Below, piece after piece: positions 48,101 through 60,126 of a DNA stretch of 64,000 nt. Each line of letters starts with the position of its first letter. Position 1 is the first letter of the stretch. The position numbers were made by a program, and so were the translations under genes. The notes below the pieces were generated by a model. That model saw only the letters and a program-made list of their open reading frames with translations. It was not told where the DNA came from and did no database searches. The DNA is from Dudresnaya verticillata (taxonomy: Eukaryota): NCBI GenBank assembly GCA_977862235.1, contig OZ374563.1:1-64000 (forward strand), written 5' to 3'.

Positions 48101-51100
48101 TGGGGAACACGACGTTCCGCGTGCCATTCATAGTGGCAGACACCTTGGCCGTCGACGTCCTGGTGGGAACGCAGTTCCTCAATGCGCACGTGCGAGGCAT
48201 CGACGTCGAATCGAAACGCCTATCGCTCCGACGCGGGGGCTCGGTGCCCCTCCTCAAGCTCAGTAGACCTGCCGAGGACCGCAAGCCGGCATCGAAGCCG
48301 AAGAACCCGTCGACGGGTTTGTCGAGGAAGCACCAGAGGGAGCTCCTCGACTGGGATCACGACACCCACACCATCCGCCTCTCTAGACAGATGGTGCTCC
48401 CAGCCTATTCCCAAAGGCTCGTCTCCGTGACTTCAGGAGCAAGTGGGCTGATCCACACCGAACCCAAACCCTCGTTGCAGTTCCGCCACGGCGTAAGACT
48501 TACCAACGGGGTGCACGACGTCGAGTCGATGCGACCCTTCGGGGTCATCGTCGGGAACTTCACCGACAAGCCTCGGACCCTGCCTAAGCGTACCGTTGTC
48601 GGCTACGCGGTTAGGAACCCGGTGGCGCTGATAAATCCCGACCGCAAAGTCGCGAAGGAGTTTGGGCGGGTGATGAACATCACCACCCTACCATCACGGG
48701 GGCAGAGGTCCCCGGTCAATCAGCATTCCGTGGAACCATCCACCTCACCGTCGACGGCGAAGGTTACCGACGCCCAGCCGCTGCAGGGCGCAGCTACCGC
48801 CGCAGAGAAGGCCAACCCGTCCGTCGAGGACTGGGAGGCGCAGGTCGATCTCTCGTGTATCGAAGACGAGGTGACCCGCCGGAGGTCCTCTCCATGCTCA
48901 GGAAGCATCAGTCCATGTGGGGCGGGAGGCTGGGCAATATTGACGCCACCCGACACCACATCGACGTGGAACGGGGCACTCGCCCCATCCGCTCCATGCC
49001 CTATCTACAGGGCCCTGCCATGCGCAAGCTGGTGCAGGACGAGGTGTATAACATGCTTCGTGCAGGGGTTATCGAACCCGCCACCTCGCAATGGGCATCG
49101 CCAGTAGTCCTGGAGCCCAAGAAGGACGGCAGACTTAGGTTTTGCGTGGACTATCGACGTCTCAACACAAAAACGCTAAGTGATGCGTACCCTCTACCGA
49201 GGATGGACGACTGCATCGACAGTCTAGGCGACGCAGCCGTCTTCTCGACGTTGGACTGCAACACGGGGTACTGGCAAATCCCTGTCGCAGAGGCTGACAG
49301 GGATAAGACCACGTTCACTTCGTTCTTAGGGACGTTTCGCTACTTGCGAATGCCTTTCGGGCTGAAGGACGCCCCCGCGACCTTCCAGCGCGCCCTGGAC
49401 AGCATCCTCAGCGGAGTCCGATGGCAGTGTTGCCTGATCTATCTAGACGATGTGATCATTTTCTCGCGGTCGATCGCGGAGCACGTTGGTCATCTAGACC
49501 AAGTGCTAACTCTGTTGCACAAGAGAGGAGTATCCCTGGAACTGAAGAAGTGCCACTTCTTTCAGTCGCGCGTTGGCTATCTAGGCCACTTCATCGAACC
49601 GGGGAAGCTACGCATGGTGCAGACAAGCAGCGAGGCTTTCCGCCATGCGCAGTTCCCGACCTCCCTGACGAAGGTGAGGTCGTTCCTCGGCGCTCGCAAT
49701 GTCTATCGCCGCTTTGTGCGCAACTTTGCGAAGATCGCGCGTCCTCTGACGAACATGACCCGCAAAGACGCAGATGTGGGTTTCGACAATCCAAGCGCCG
49801 ACGCGCTCGCGGCATATGAGACGCTCAGAGCGAAGCTCATATCGGCCCCTATCCTACGGCTGCCCAAGACGGGTAGGCCCTACGTCCTCGATACGGACGC
49901 ATCGGCTTATCAGCTCGGATGAGCCCTACTGCAGGAGCAGGAGGACGGCCAGCTACACCCAGTCGGGTACTGGTCCTACTCGCTCAACTCGGAGGAGCGC
50001 AATTACTCCGCCACTGAGCGCGAGTGCTTCGCAGTGGTGTGGTCGATCACAACCCTGTGGCCCTACATCGAAGGCACGCGATTTACGGTTCGAACCGATC
50101 ACGATGCGCTTCGATGGCTGATGTCGCTGACCGACTCTTCGGTTCGACTGACCCAGTGGCGCCTGCGGCTCGAGGAATTCGATTTCCAGATCGACTACCA
50201 CCCGGGGCGGGTAAACCAAGTCCCGGATGCCCTGTTCCGCTTGGTTCGGCCCCAGCGGAAACAGGAGGCGGTTGAAGACGACGTCCCTACCTTTGACCCC
50301 CCGGTGATCGACCGCCCGCAAGGGGCGTCCTCGGCTGAGACGCCGGTGGCGCGTTCGGGTACAGAACCCGCGGCTCCCGTCTTGGTAACCACACGCTCGC
50401 GGGCCAACGCATCTACGCGTTCGGCCCCAGCACAGCCCGTCCCGAAGCCAGTACGGGGAAGCAGCACCGGAACCGCGCCCAAGACGTTCGCGGCAGACGA
50501 ACCCCCGGACTTGGCCGACGAAGCGGCGTGGGACGACACCGACGACGTCGATCTCTTCGATCTCCTCCGCGTCGACGCGGGAGACGAGCCATCGGACTTG
50601 ACGTCCGTGGAGCCAGTGAGGCTCCCTTCACCTATTTCCGCCGAGGAATTTGTGGACGCGCAGCGGCACGACTCCTTCTGCCAGACTATACTGGCCAGGC
50701 AGTCCCGTCGACGGGATAGCCATTTTTACGAGGACGGGGATGGGCTTCTATGCCGCCATCATCCGGTCATAGCTTCGCTAGACCAGATGGTGGTGCCCGA
50801 GTCGTTACAACCTCGGCTGCTCACGCTCGCGCACCACTCCCTCCTCGCGGGCCACCCAGGGCAGAACAAGATGTTCTATTCCCTGCGTGAGACCTACTAC
50901 TGGCCGCATATGGCGGCCAGCATCGCCATGACAGTAAGAAACTGCAGGCACTGTGCCCGTAACCGCATTCGACTGCGAAGACACCTTCATAGACTGAAGC
51001 TGTTCCCGGCCACCAGGCCGCTGGAATCCGTCGCTATCGGCATACTGGCCCCTTGCCCAAGACCAAGTCTGGTCGCAAATTCCTCGTCGTCATGACGGAC

Positions 51101-52149
51101 CGCTTTACTAAGCTGACGCAAGTCGCGCCTCTGCTCACTATTACGGCTTACAACGTCGCAGTTGTCTGCTCTGAACAGTGGGTCTTCCACTACGGGCCCC
51201 TAGGTCCCTGCTTTCCGATAACGGAAAGCAATTCACATCGAAGTTCTTCCAAGCCGTCTGCCGGTATTTGGGTTTGAACAACGTGTTCACCTCCGCGTAT
51301 CACCCCGAGTAGAATGGGCAGGCTGAACGCTACAACCGGACCGTCATGGCCATGTTGAGGAACTATGTCAACGATCACCAAAACGATTGGGATCGATACG
51401 CCTCTGCGTTGACGTATTCCTACAACTGTCATGTGCACCGCTCGACGCGGACGACTCCCTTCAGCTTAGTGCTGTCACGGCCTCCGCCTGAATTTACTAA
51501 GTTTCACTCGGCGGTCGACCGCCCGAAGCCTAGTAAGGATGTCCGAACGGACTTCCTCAAGCGGTTAGACACCGCTATGGGCCTGGCTTCTGCCGCCCTG
51601 GCCAAAACGCAGCGGCGTTACAAAAAGGACTTTGACCGACGGGTCCGGAAGGTCAAATCTAGCATCAAGGCCGGGGATTATGGCTTTATCGACGCAACCG
51701 ACGGGGTGACGAAACCACCGAAGTGGCAGAGCCCGACCATCGGGCCTTATCGCGTGCTGCTCAACGACGAGCGCATGTTGTTTATCGACAGAGACGGCCT
51801 GGTCGAACGCATCGCAGCGGACCGAGTCGTCTTCTGTCCCCCGCCTCTGCGGGAAGACACCGCGCGTCGAAGCGCGTACTTGCCCACCGCCGCCGATCTC
51901 GCGTCCAAGGCCGTCGACGGCCCGCGGTTCGTGGTGGACAAGGTACTTGATCATGGCACGGCCGAAGACGGCACGCTGCTCTTCCAGGTCAAGTGGACCG
52001 GCTACTCTAAGCCGACTTGGGAACCTCGATCCCATTTGCCGGAGGAGATGGTGAGCCAATACTTCCGCACGCAGAAGCGTCGGCAGGGCTCTGGGCTCGA
52101 CGCCCCATCCCCTTCACTCACCCCCTCGGCGGGGGCGCCTCGTGCTTAA
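45115..52149 (+). mobile_element. Gypsy chromovirus gag-pol with several stops and frameshifts; no 3' LTR seen
   Basis: gag with CWFCRELGHIMYSC; protease VDTGSG; RT RFCVDYRRLN and YLDD; RNase H DTDAS; integrase GHPG...C..C; chromodomain FVVDKVLDH...VKWTGY...TWEP. Confidence 0.95.
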
Positions 52150-53359
52150 GGAGGGGGCCCCAGGCATTCTTTGCCTGTTATTGCCCTCATCCAGGCATTC
52201 CTTTGCCTTTTTCCAGCCACGGAAACACGTGGAGCCTCAGCCCCACGGCAAGGGCATGCATTGCGGCTGCCTAAGCCGACGGCCCAAGCCGAAAGCACCC
52301 CGCGCCAATGGCAGAGGCCAAGGAGCAGGGGTGTTCTGCGAACTGCGCATCGCAGGGACGCTGGGCACGACGCCTTTCGCCACTACCGGCTCGACGCCCG
52401 GCCGTAGCGACGTCCCGCTACGCGGAAGACAACCCGCACCGTCGGGGGTTGTCTGACCAACGCCGACGCGAAGCCGCGCACAGGTGGCGAAGGGCAGGCG
52501 TCGACGCCCCCTTCTCCACCGCCACGCGGCAGAAGCCGAGGCAAAAAAGAGGGCACGCGCAGGCCGAGTCGACTCGTACGGAGGTCATTCGCCATATGCG
52601 CACGCGAAACGAGCATCGAAGCTCGACGCGACCCGGCTGGAGAAGCCACTGAGCCATCCAAACCGAACGCCACCGACGTCGACGTCAAGTGGCAGCTGCA
52701 CGCAGATGGCGGAGGGCAGGCGTCGACGCCCCCTTCACCAACGCCTCGCCGCAGCCGCGCATAATCTTCGGCCAACACCCACCGCCCTGGCGCCTAGCCG
52801 GGCGGGGTGCCAACGCGCGCAGCCCCCACGTCGATGGGGCGCCAGAGCCAAGAAAGCCGGCGTACGGCGAGTTGCACCGCTGCGCTTCGACGCCTGAGCG
52901 GCACAACCACCTCGACGATGGGAAGGCCGAGGGCACCGCGGCAGACGACCGGCCCCCGCCAAATACAGGAACGCGCTTACCCATATTTGGGACGCGTGCG
53001 CCCCACAAGCGCAGAGGCGCAGATTCTTGTTCAGGCTACAGTGTCTACTGTAGCCAAAACACAAATAGTTGGGAACGCCCAATGGGGTTCGACACCCCCG
53101 GGCCTCTGCCCACTCATCAAGGGGCATCGACGTTCCTGGCCGGGGCTTGGCTGCGCAAGCCGCCGCCACGCTCTTGGCTACTCCCCGGATCGGACCGCGT
53201 CGACGCGGTCCCCTCCGGCGCGCGAAGCCGCAACGCCACTAGGGGCACCCGCTCCGCGCTGGCGCTCCGCATCGACGCGGCGTTGCGCACGCTGTCAGTC
53301 CCCTGTGTGGCGTCGACGCCAGCACTGCGGACCGCCACCCGCTTCGACGCGGGTCAGGC

Positions 53360-53439
53360 ACAATGGCACCCATGGTGAGGTGGGGCTTCGACGCCCCACC
53401 TCACCATGGGTGCCATTGTTGGGGCGTCGAAGCCCCACC
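53360..53439. other. Perfect 27-bp-stem hairpin with a third overlapping inverted arm
   Basis: 53360-53386 pairs with 53393-53419 (loop TTCGAC); 53420-53439 is the reverse complement of 53379-53398. Confidence 0.9.
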
Positions 53440-54862
53440 ACCTGCTACAGCGAGCATAGCTCGCACGCAGCCGCGCGGTCGAAGGCGCAGCTGTTGAAAA
53501 CGCGTCGACGCGGCCCGAAGTCTTCGCCCACCCCTTGCCCTTTTATGAACCAGACACGCAGAGGCGGTCTTAAAACTAGCGAGGCGATCGACCGCCTCGA
53601 ACTAGGATGCACCAGGGGGACAAATCAGGGCCACAAACTACATTTGGCGGGGGTCAAATCAGAGATGCCCTGTTCCGCGCGCCTCAAAATTAGAAACAGC
53701 CGCAGTAAAGGTGGTTTGCGATATAATTATATAATTTATCAAATCAATTCACGGCTTGTGCGCAGCTCTAATTGTAGAGTCAGAACAACTGCATGTAGCA
53801 TACCGCGCCGCACCCCGCAAGTTTGTAGTTTGTGCATCTCCAAATGTAGAAGTTCCCGTCCTTTCGCCATAACATTGCAGCACTCTGGGATTGGACCCAG
53901 CCAGACTCGCCTATTACAATCCTCTTCCCCACGCTGTTACACATATCAAACTTCCACGCTCCGAGCTATTCCATTTGCCTCCCCCTACAAATACCGTCCT
54001 TGCTCCGCTAGGTTCTTAGCTTTCCGGTTTCCTAGTTGCACGTGCGCTTTCAATTTTAGTAAACCCAGCTACTTTTACTTAACTTCTCCTCCTCCATCAC
54101 TTCTGTTCGCATATGTAGTTTCGAAGAACTAGCTCCGCTATATTCCAGAATCAATAGTATCCCTGCACGAGTAGATGTCGCGACTTCATGGATACGGTGT
54201 TGCAAACACGGCCAAACGGACAGGCCAGACCCTCCTTTTCCTGGTTGCATGCATCATACCCATGGACCTTTCCCACCTTTATCATTTCAGTTCGACTCTT
54301 TGCAATGCGCACATATTATCACTCCATGATTACTGAACTGATGAATCTGAAAGAGAAAAGACCCGGCAGGTCCTGACGGAGCATGGAGCATGTGTGCGCA
54401 TTCCCTACTTTCCGTATTCCCAGGACTCTATGGCCATGTGTGGTTTGGAAATGCGTACGGTTTACAAGCCGTGTGATAGTACCACTAGACTACTTGCTCC
54501 GGTGCTTCTGAAACTAGATAGTTTCAAGAGCACTCGGGCAAGCAGGCACCACCCTTTTGCCATCTCTTTACTTAGCATTAACTCATTCCACCTGTACCAC
54601 GGCCCCTGACGAACGTACGTATTCTGTCTATTGGGAGACGTTTTCGCAGTTTTCTATCTAACTAATAGTTCTTCTCTTGCAAAGCTACGAAACGCCCCTA
54701 AGTCACATATGAAGTGTAGTTCAATGACCCACCTAGTGGCTGTGGACAGCCAGCCTCATCCACATATTTCCGTAACAAAGCGGCCGTCACTAGAATCATC
54801 CTTTCCCTCGGCAGAACCTTTCCTCTGGTGGTTGGGTCTGCACCTCCATCACGAGCCAGAGA

Positions 54863-55882
54863 CTACGTATAGAGACGTAGTGGTAATACCTGGAGAGAAA
54901 AGTTGCACGCGGAAAAAGGTTGACCATGAAGAAAGGTTGACCATGAAGAAAGGTTGACCATGAAGAAAGGTTGATCAGGAAGAAATTTTGAGCACAAAGA
55001 AAGGATTAGGGCGTTGGCAATGTTAAGAAAATGTAAGGACAGTTCAATGGGTTTCGAAACGTCAGCAGTAGTGCGAGAAAGGCGAGTTTGAATGTGTTTG
55101 AACGGGTACTGTACATTGAGATGAGTTCGGGATGTCAAAGCTCTTGAAATAAAAATTATCTGGACACTACCATATGGTATATAGCCCGTCTTCTCTTAGG
55201 AATGCTTGGAGACTTGGCCGTAGACCGAAGGTGACGGCGTCCTTGCGAAGTAGATACGGGTTGAAGGAGAATTTTCATGCGCGTGATATCACATAGAACA
55301 TGAAAAGCGGACCTCGGCGCCTAGCTAGATAGCGTTCCAATTCCGTCCTTGCAGACTTTATAGCGCGCTGGTTGTGGTCAGCCCCGTTTCGATTCCCTGA
55401 AAGACCGTGTCGTAATTTCGAGGGATCCCTCGAACTCCCACAACCGCTCTTCAGCGAGCTGAAGAGCGCGGGAAGGACGAGGTTGTGAAATCGCCATAAA
55501 CAGTCACGGATATCCTTGTGCCCCAAACCACTGGTTTAATCCAATGGAAGCACGTTCTGGTCACATTGGACACATTAACCATCCAACCAGGACCCACAAA
55601 CACGATCCGGGTCCCTTTGAAACGACACTTCTCTGCATAAGAATGTTCGCAGCAGGTAGGAAAGGACACTCAATCCCTAGGAAATGTCAGAATGTGGTGT
55701 GATTCAATAAGACAAACGCTCTCTATGGGCGTTTTCAGAACGTGAACGTGGCGTTTTATTTGTTCGATGACTTTCAAACGACGAGGTTTCCCACTTTCAC
55801 TGGGGCAGGTCGCGCGCGTGGGAAGATTGCTACAACGATGAATTGCATCCTTTCTCCACGGAAAGGGCCAATAAAAGGACAA
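54863..55882 (-). pseudogene. Decayed ORF of unknown function, divergent from the 56147 gene
   Basis: Abutting or overlapping minus-strand ORFs 55670-55882 and 55451-55669 (same frame across one TGA), 55275-55526 and 54863-55138. Confidence 0.35.
54915..54974. repeat. 17-bp tandem repeat, 3.5 copies
   Basis: AAAGGTTGACCATGAAG repeated. Confidence 0.9.
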
Positions 55883-56146
55883 GAGATTGGGAATGCCGTG
55901 TAATTTACAAATCGAGGTCTATTTCTGAATTTGTCAATTATTTCCATTGCGTCTCACCTGCCGGATGGACACAGGCATTCACCCTTGTGGGGTGAATCCC
56001 TGTGTCCATCCGGTACGCTCTGACCGCCATGACATCACACGGTATCTGCTCCCATTATGGCGGGAAACACGATCTCAGAAAGGAAAGAATGTGAGTCCTA
56101 CGGATGAAGGTGCCCGTCTTTCTGACCCAAAACATGAAAGGATAGC

Positions 56147-58427
56147 TTGGCTTCTACAACCACGAAAGGTTATCGGCATAGACATTTCCAATTGAGCTTA
56201 AGCTCACGTTCTGCAAAACTTTCAGTATCATCTTCACTCATACTGGCAAGTCGCGCCAACCTTGGAAGTCTATATCTCACAACCGATATGTTGGCAGAAA
56301 CTTCAAGGTCCGCCATGGTTGCATCAGCTGCTCAAGAGCAGAATGGGATCAGGGTAGGTTCTGGTACGATGAGCACACAGGTACCAATCCAGAGCGGGGA
56401 GTCTGGCTTCGGAGCGAATTGCGCAGAAGACTTACGTGGTGGAGTTATGCGGACACTGGTTCCAGACGTTAATGCCAATCTACAGGTTGCTTCTGTTGTC
56501 CGACGTGAGTTACGTGAAATCAAGGACTTTATCAAGACCTCTCTCGGTTCGCTGAAGAAAGAAGTAAAAGAGGAAGTGCAGAAGATATCAACAATTTCTG
56601 ATTGTCTGAAGGATGTCATGAGCAATGTTAACGTTTTGAATACGCAGCGAAGACATTCACGCAAGGATGGGTGCACGGGTAAGCGCAAGAAGTAGGAGCA
56701 GGAAGAAGTTAAAATAGAGAAGATGGAACAAGTACCTGGTCTACCTCTCATTGCAGATCGTGTTCGACTGACGTGGACCATTTTACAAACACTGAATGCC
56801 AACCTTTCTTCAGATCTGAGTTCCGCTGTGGACCTGCCGTTTAACGCTTCCGATATCTCCGCGGCTAATGAATCTGGAAGAGAATGTGCATCAAACGTTA
56901 TTCCGACCTTTCCAGCGTACCTATTCTCGAGGCAGCGCATTGACACGAAGAAGAAGCACAAGTCATCAATTGCCAGCAGGGCAAGGGAACTTTACTCCGA
57001 AATGATTCTTCGTTTGGTTTGGTCTTCGAGGGCTGGTAAATCTTTGTTCTTCGTCCCATATCCCGGTCGAGATAGCCCACCGCATACGTCAGTTGCTATG
57101 CCGGAATGGCTGTACGTCTTCTTTCTTCGGTCTGCAAGGAGGGCGACTGGAAATTCTAGACTTGGCTGTGACTCGATTGATCTTGTCGGTAAAAGCACAG
57201 ACACAGTTCCCCTGGACATGATGGGTCGGCTGACGAGCGGCCTATCAAGGACGGAGTTGCAGCATGCTCGCATATTTGAGAAGAGAGCAATGAAAGGACA
57301 GGTTGATCAAGTGTTAAGGAGAGCTCATGAAAGTAGGGAGGATGGGCATAAGCGCGCTCGAGGAGATCCGCTACAGAATACTGTTTCTAAGAGTGCAGAG
57401 GCTATGAAGTATTGGAATTTGGAGAAAACATTCAAGGGTGGTATTGATGTTCTACGAAAACACACTGCAAGGGTCATCAACACTGGAAGAATGGCTGCCC
57501 GAAACGTCATTTTTAAGTCCTTCGGTTTCATCCTTGCATACCTTGAAGAGGTATGCATTTGAAGAGAACGAGGCAATCGTTTCAGATGAGTACGGAATTC
57601 AACTCTCCCCTCTTTCCTCGGAGGAAGAAGAGTTCTATACTTCCAAGATCAGTTTGGAAACTGTTATTGGTACAGCTTCTACACTAGAGGTAGGGGATGG
57701 GGAGAGGGAAATTGAAAGTGTGGACAAGACTAACGAAATCCAGTTCATGAACCTTCAAAATTCCTTCCCCTCATTAACTATTAGTCTGTGGTATCAAGCT
57801 GTGTACCGAGAGAAAGGACGAGCAGGCCGGTTGTCGGGAACCGCTCCGGTGACAGAACAAAAATGGACGCAATGCGAGCAGGTATCTCTTCATGCAGTTG
57901 CACTTCGTGTCTTAATGGAGGCTTCGCGAGCAGAGGGTATGGCGAACGTTTTGCGGTCCACAAAGCTATCTCTGAGAGCAGTGCATGCTCTAGAGGTGAC
58001 CTTTCGTGCCATCATTGCATCAGAACTTGGAAAGAATGTGAACAGAATCGAAAAGTTTCTCTTAGGATCAATAACCTTGCACACTGTTGCACGTAAGGAT
58101 GAGAGTGGGGTAACAAAGTCTCAAGATGGTACCGGCGATGGAAATCGTAGTGGTCGTTTGCGAGCACAGGACCAAGAGGACGAAGCTGTTTTCCTCGGTC
58201 TGATGATCTTGGACAAGGACAAGATTGGATCCAGGTTGGCGAATAGGTTTTCACGTTCAAAGGCAGAATACCATGGTCATCTGGCAAAGGATAGAGTTGA
58301 AAAAGAGAGCCAAGACCGAGAAGAGACCTTCCATAACAGTTGCGCAAGGGACAGTCTTATCGCAAACTATGAGGAAGAGGGGATCCATATTCTGGAAGAA
58401 GACGAGGACCTGGACCCATTCTTTTGA
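56147..58427 (+). pseudogene. Interrupted ~700-aa gene of unknown function (coiled-coil-like N-region, acidic C-tail)
   Basis: 56147-56695 and 56723-57562 share a frame across one TAG; a shift near 57550 leads into 57438-58427. Confidence 0.55.
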
Positions 58428-58678
58428 TATTGTCACTCTCTCCGTCGGGAAAGTAGCAGCGCATTTTGTTTGAGTACATTATTATTTGCGTGGATACCTT
58501 GCGAAGCTTCTTAAAGTAATGATGTATGGGAAACAGAATTGCTTTGGGAAACAAAGTTGCTTTTCAATTTGTTGCATGCTCTGCACGGGAAATATGTCCA
58601 TTGGAACTGCAGCTGCTGCAGTGGTGACAGTTTATTGCTTCAAAGCAACCACGACATATATAAAGGAGATATCGTAGA

Positions 58679-58740
58679 TGCGTATCGACATGAAAACGAT
58701 ATGTATGTTGCGTATCGACATGAAAACGATATGTATGTTG
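58679..58740. repeat. 30-bp tandem duplication
   Basis: TGCGTATCGACATGAAAACGATATGTATGT twice. Confidence 0.9.
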
Positions 58741-58889
58741 ATAAAAACAATTCTTCGGACTGGAATCATTGACCTTGCAGAGCTAGATGTAGCTGTCGAC
58801 ATTGTTCGGCAATTACATTTCCTACATTACCGCACTGAGTCACTCCTAAGACGATTTTCTATCCTACGTTAGCGAAGGAATGCATGCCA

Positions 58890-59975
58890 TGACGATATCC
58901 TTACTTCAAGTTTTCGAAAGGACGAACTCCTATGACGACGCCCTTTCTTACGTTGGAGAAAGGTCGACTTTATTTGACACCGTCCTTTCCTATATCTCGA
59001 AAACGATGTGGTACCCTATGACGATACGGGTCGTTACATATTATACCATGTACACTGTAAAGTATTCTTCATCCTGTATAGAAAGGAACATGGTTTCTGG
59101 TGACGCGACAACGCGTTGTAGTCTCCTAGGTTTCGGAAAGGACGACGATCTACAATGATGACAACGTCCTTTCCTACGTTTCAAAAAGGTCGACCATAAT
59201 TATATTTAGTAGTCCTTTCCTATATCTAAAAAGGATAAAGTGCTCTGTAACTATTCCTTTTCATAGGAAACGGAATCGCAATGGTGGTATAGAAAGGGGC
59301 ATGAATTTTGGTGACGAGGTCCTTTCCTTGCTCTCGAAAAGGATGACTATCTACGACGATGTCCTTTCCTAGCTGCAGAAAGAAAGATGTATATATAAAC
59401 GTCGTATGGACGTCCATTAACGCATTTATTCTTACATTTCGGGAAGGATCAATGCCTGTGACTATGGCTTTCCAGAAAGATATGGTCATGGACACGGTAT
59501 GTGTACAGGAAGGGATATCGAAACATCATCTCAAGATCAAGGATAATCTAGGTAATACTTCAGCTGAATTCTGTCGAAAGGACGCGGCGTCCTGGTGATC
59601 GATCACAAACTGCAGTTTGGAGGAACAGGCATGCCCTTTCCTACAATAGTGTAGTATATATTGCTATAACGATAAATCTGTGCCGAAAGGATGAGTCACT
59701 ACCGGAACGTATTTTCTGTCAGAACAAACTAAAAGATCTTATATATAAGAAGTATACTTTCGGAAGGACATTGCCTATGCTCGACGTACATCTAGCGTGA
59801 GCCTAGGCTTTGTGCAACGCCAATTAACATTACACAACATGTTAACATTTCTAACATTCCCGAGAGGTTTACGTTCTGTGAAAATATCCTTTCTTGCGAT
59901 GCCGAGAAGACCGTTTATGCCTAGGCGTAATGTCAAGCTCGACAATATCCATTTCCTAGAAAAGGAAAGGACCCG
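58890..59975. repeat. Array of degenerate short hairpins GTCCTTTCC-N8-10-GAAAGGAC, often ~45 bp apart
   Basis: Full or half copies near 58896, 58938, 58982, 59120, 59166, 59212, 59319, 59361, 59575, 59633, 59684, 59760 and 59947. Confidence 0.7.
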
Positions 59976-60126
59976 GAATGGCTGCTGCCGGGAAACAGCT
60001 GGTTTTCGCTAGCGGAAGGAAGGTACTTACTCGACTCGTAAAAGAAGTTAGTCAACTCACGTCTCTCAATGACTCCTATAAAAACGTACTTTACGGATTT
60101 TTTTACTTCTCATAGTGATACTATGC

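Noticed and set aside
52142..54132. ORFs of 229 and 441 aa after the chromodomain (env-like gene?)
   Set aside because: Arg/Ala/Pro-rich shadow frames with no signal peptide or membrane anchor; the longer one crosses a sharp composition boundary.
58890..59975. Hairpin array as a CRISPR locus
   Set aside because: Repeats are too degenerate and irregular, spacers are short, and there are no cas genes.
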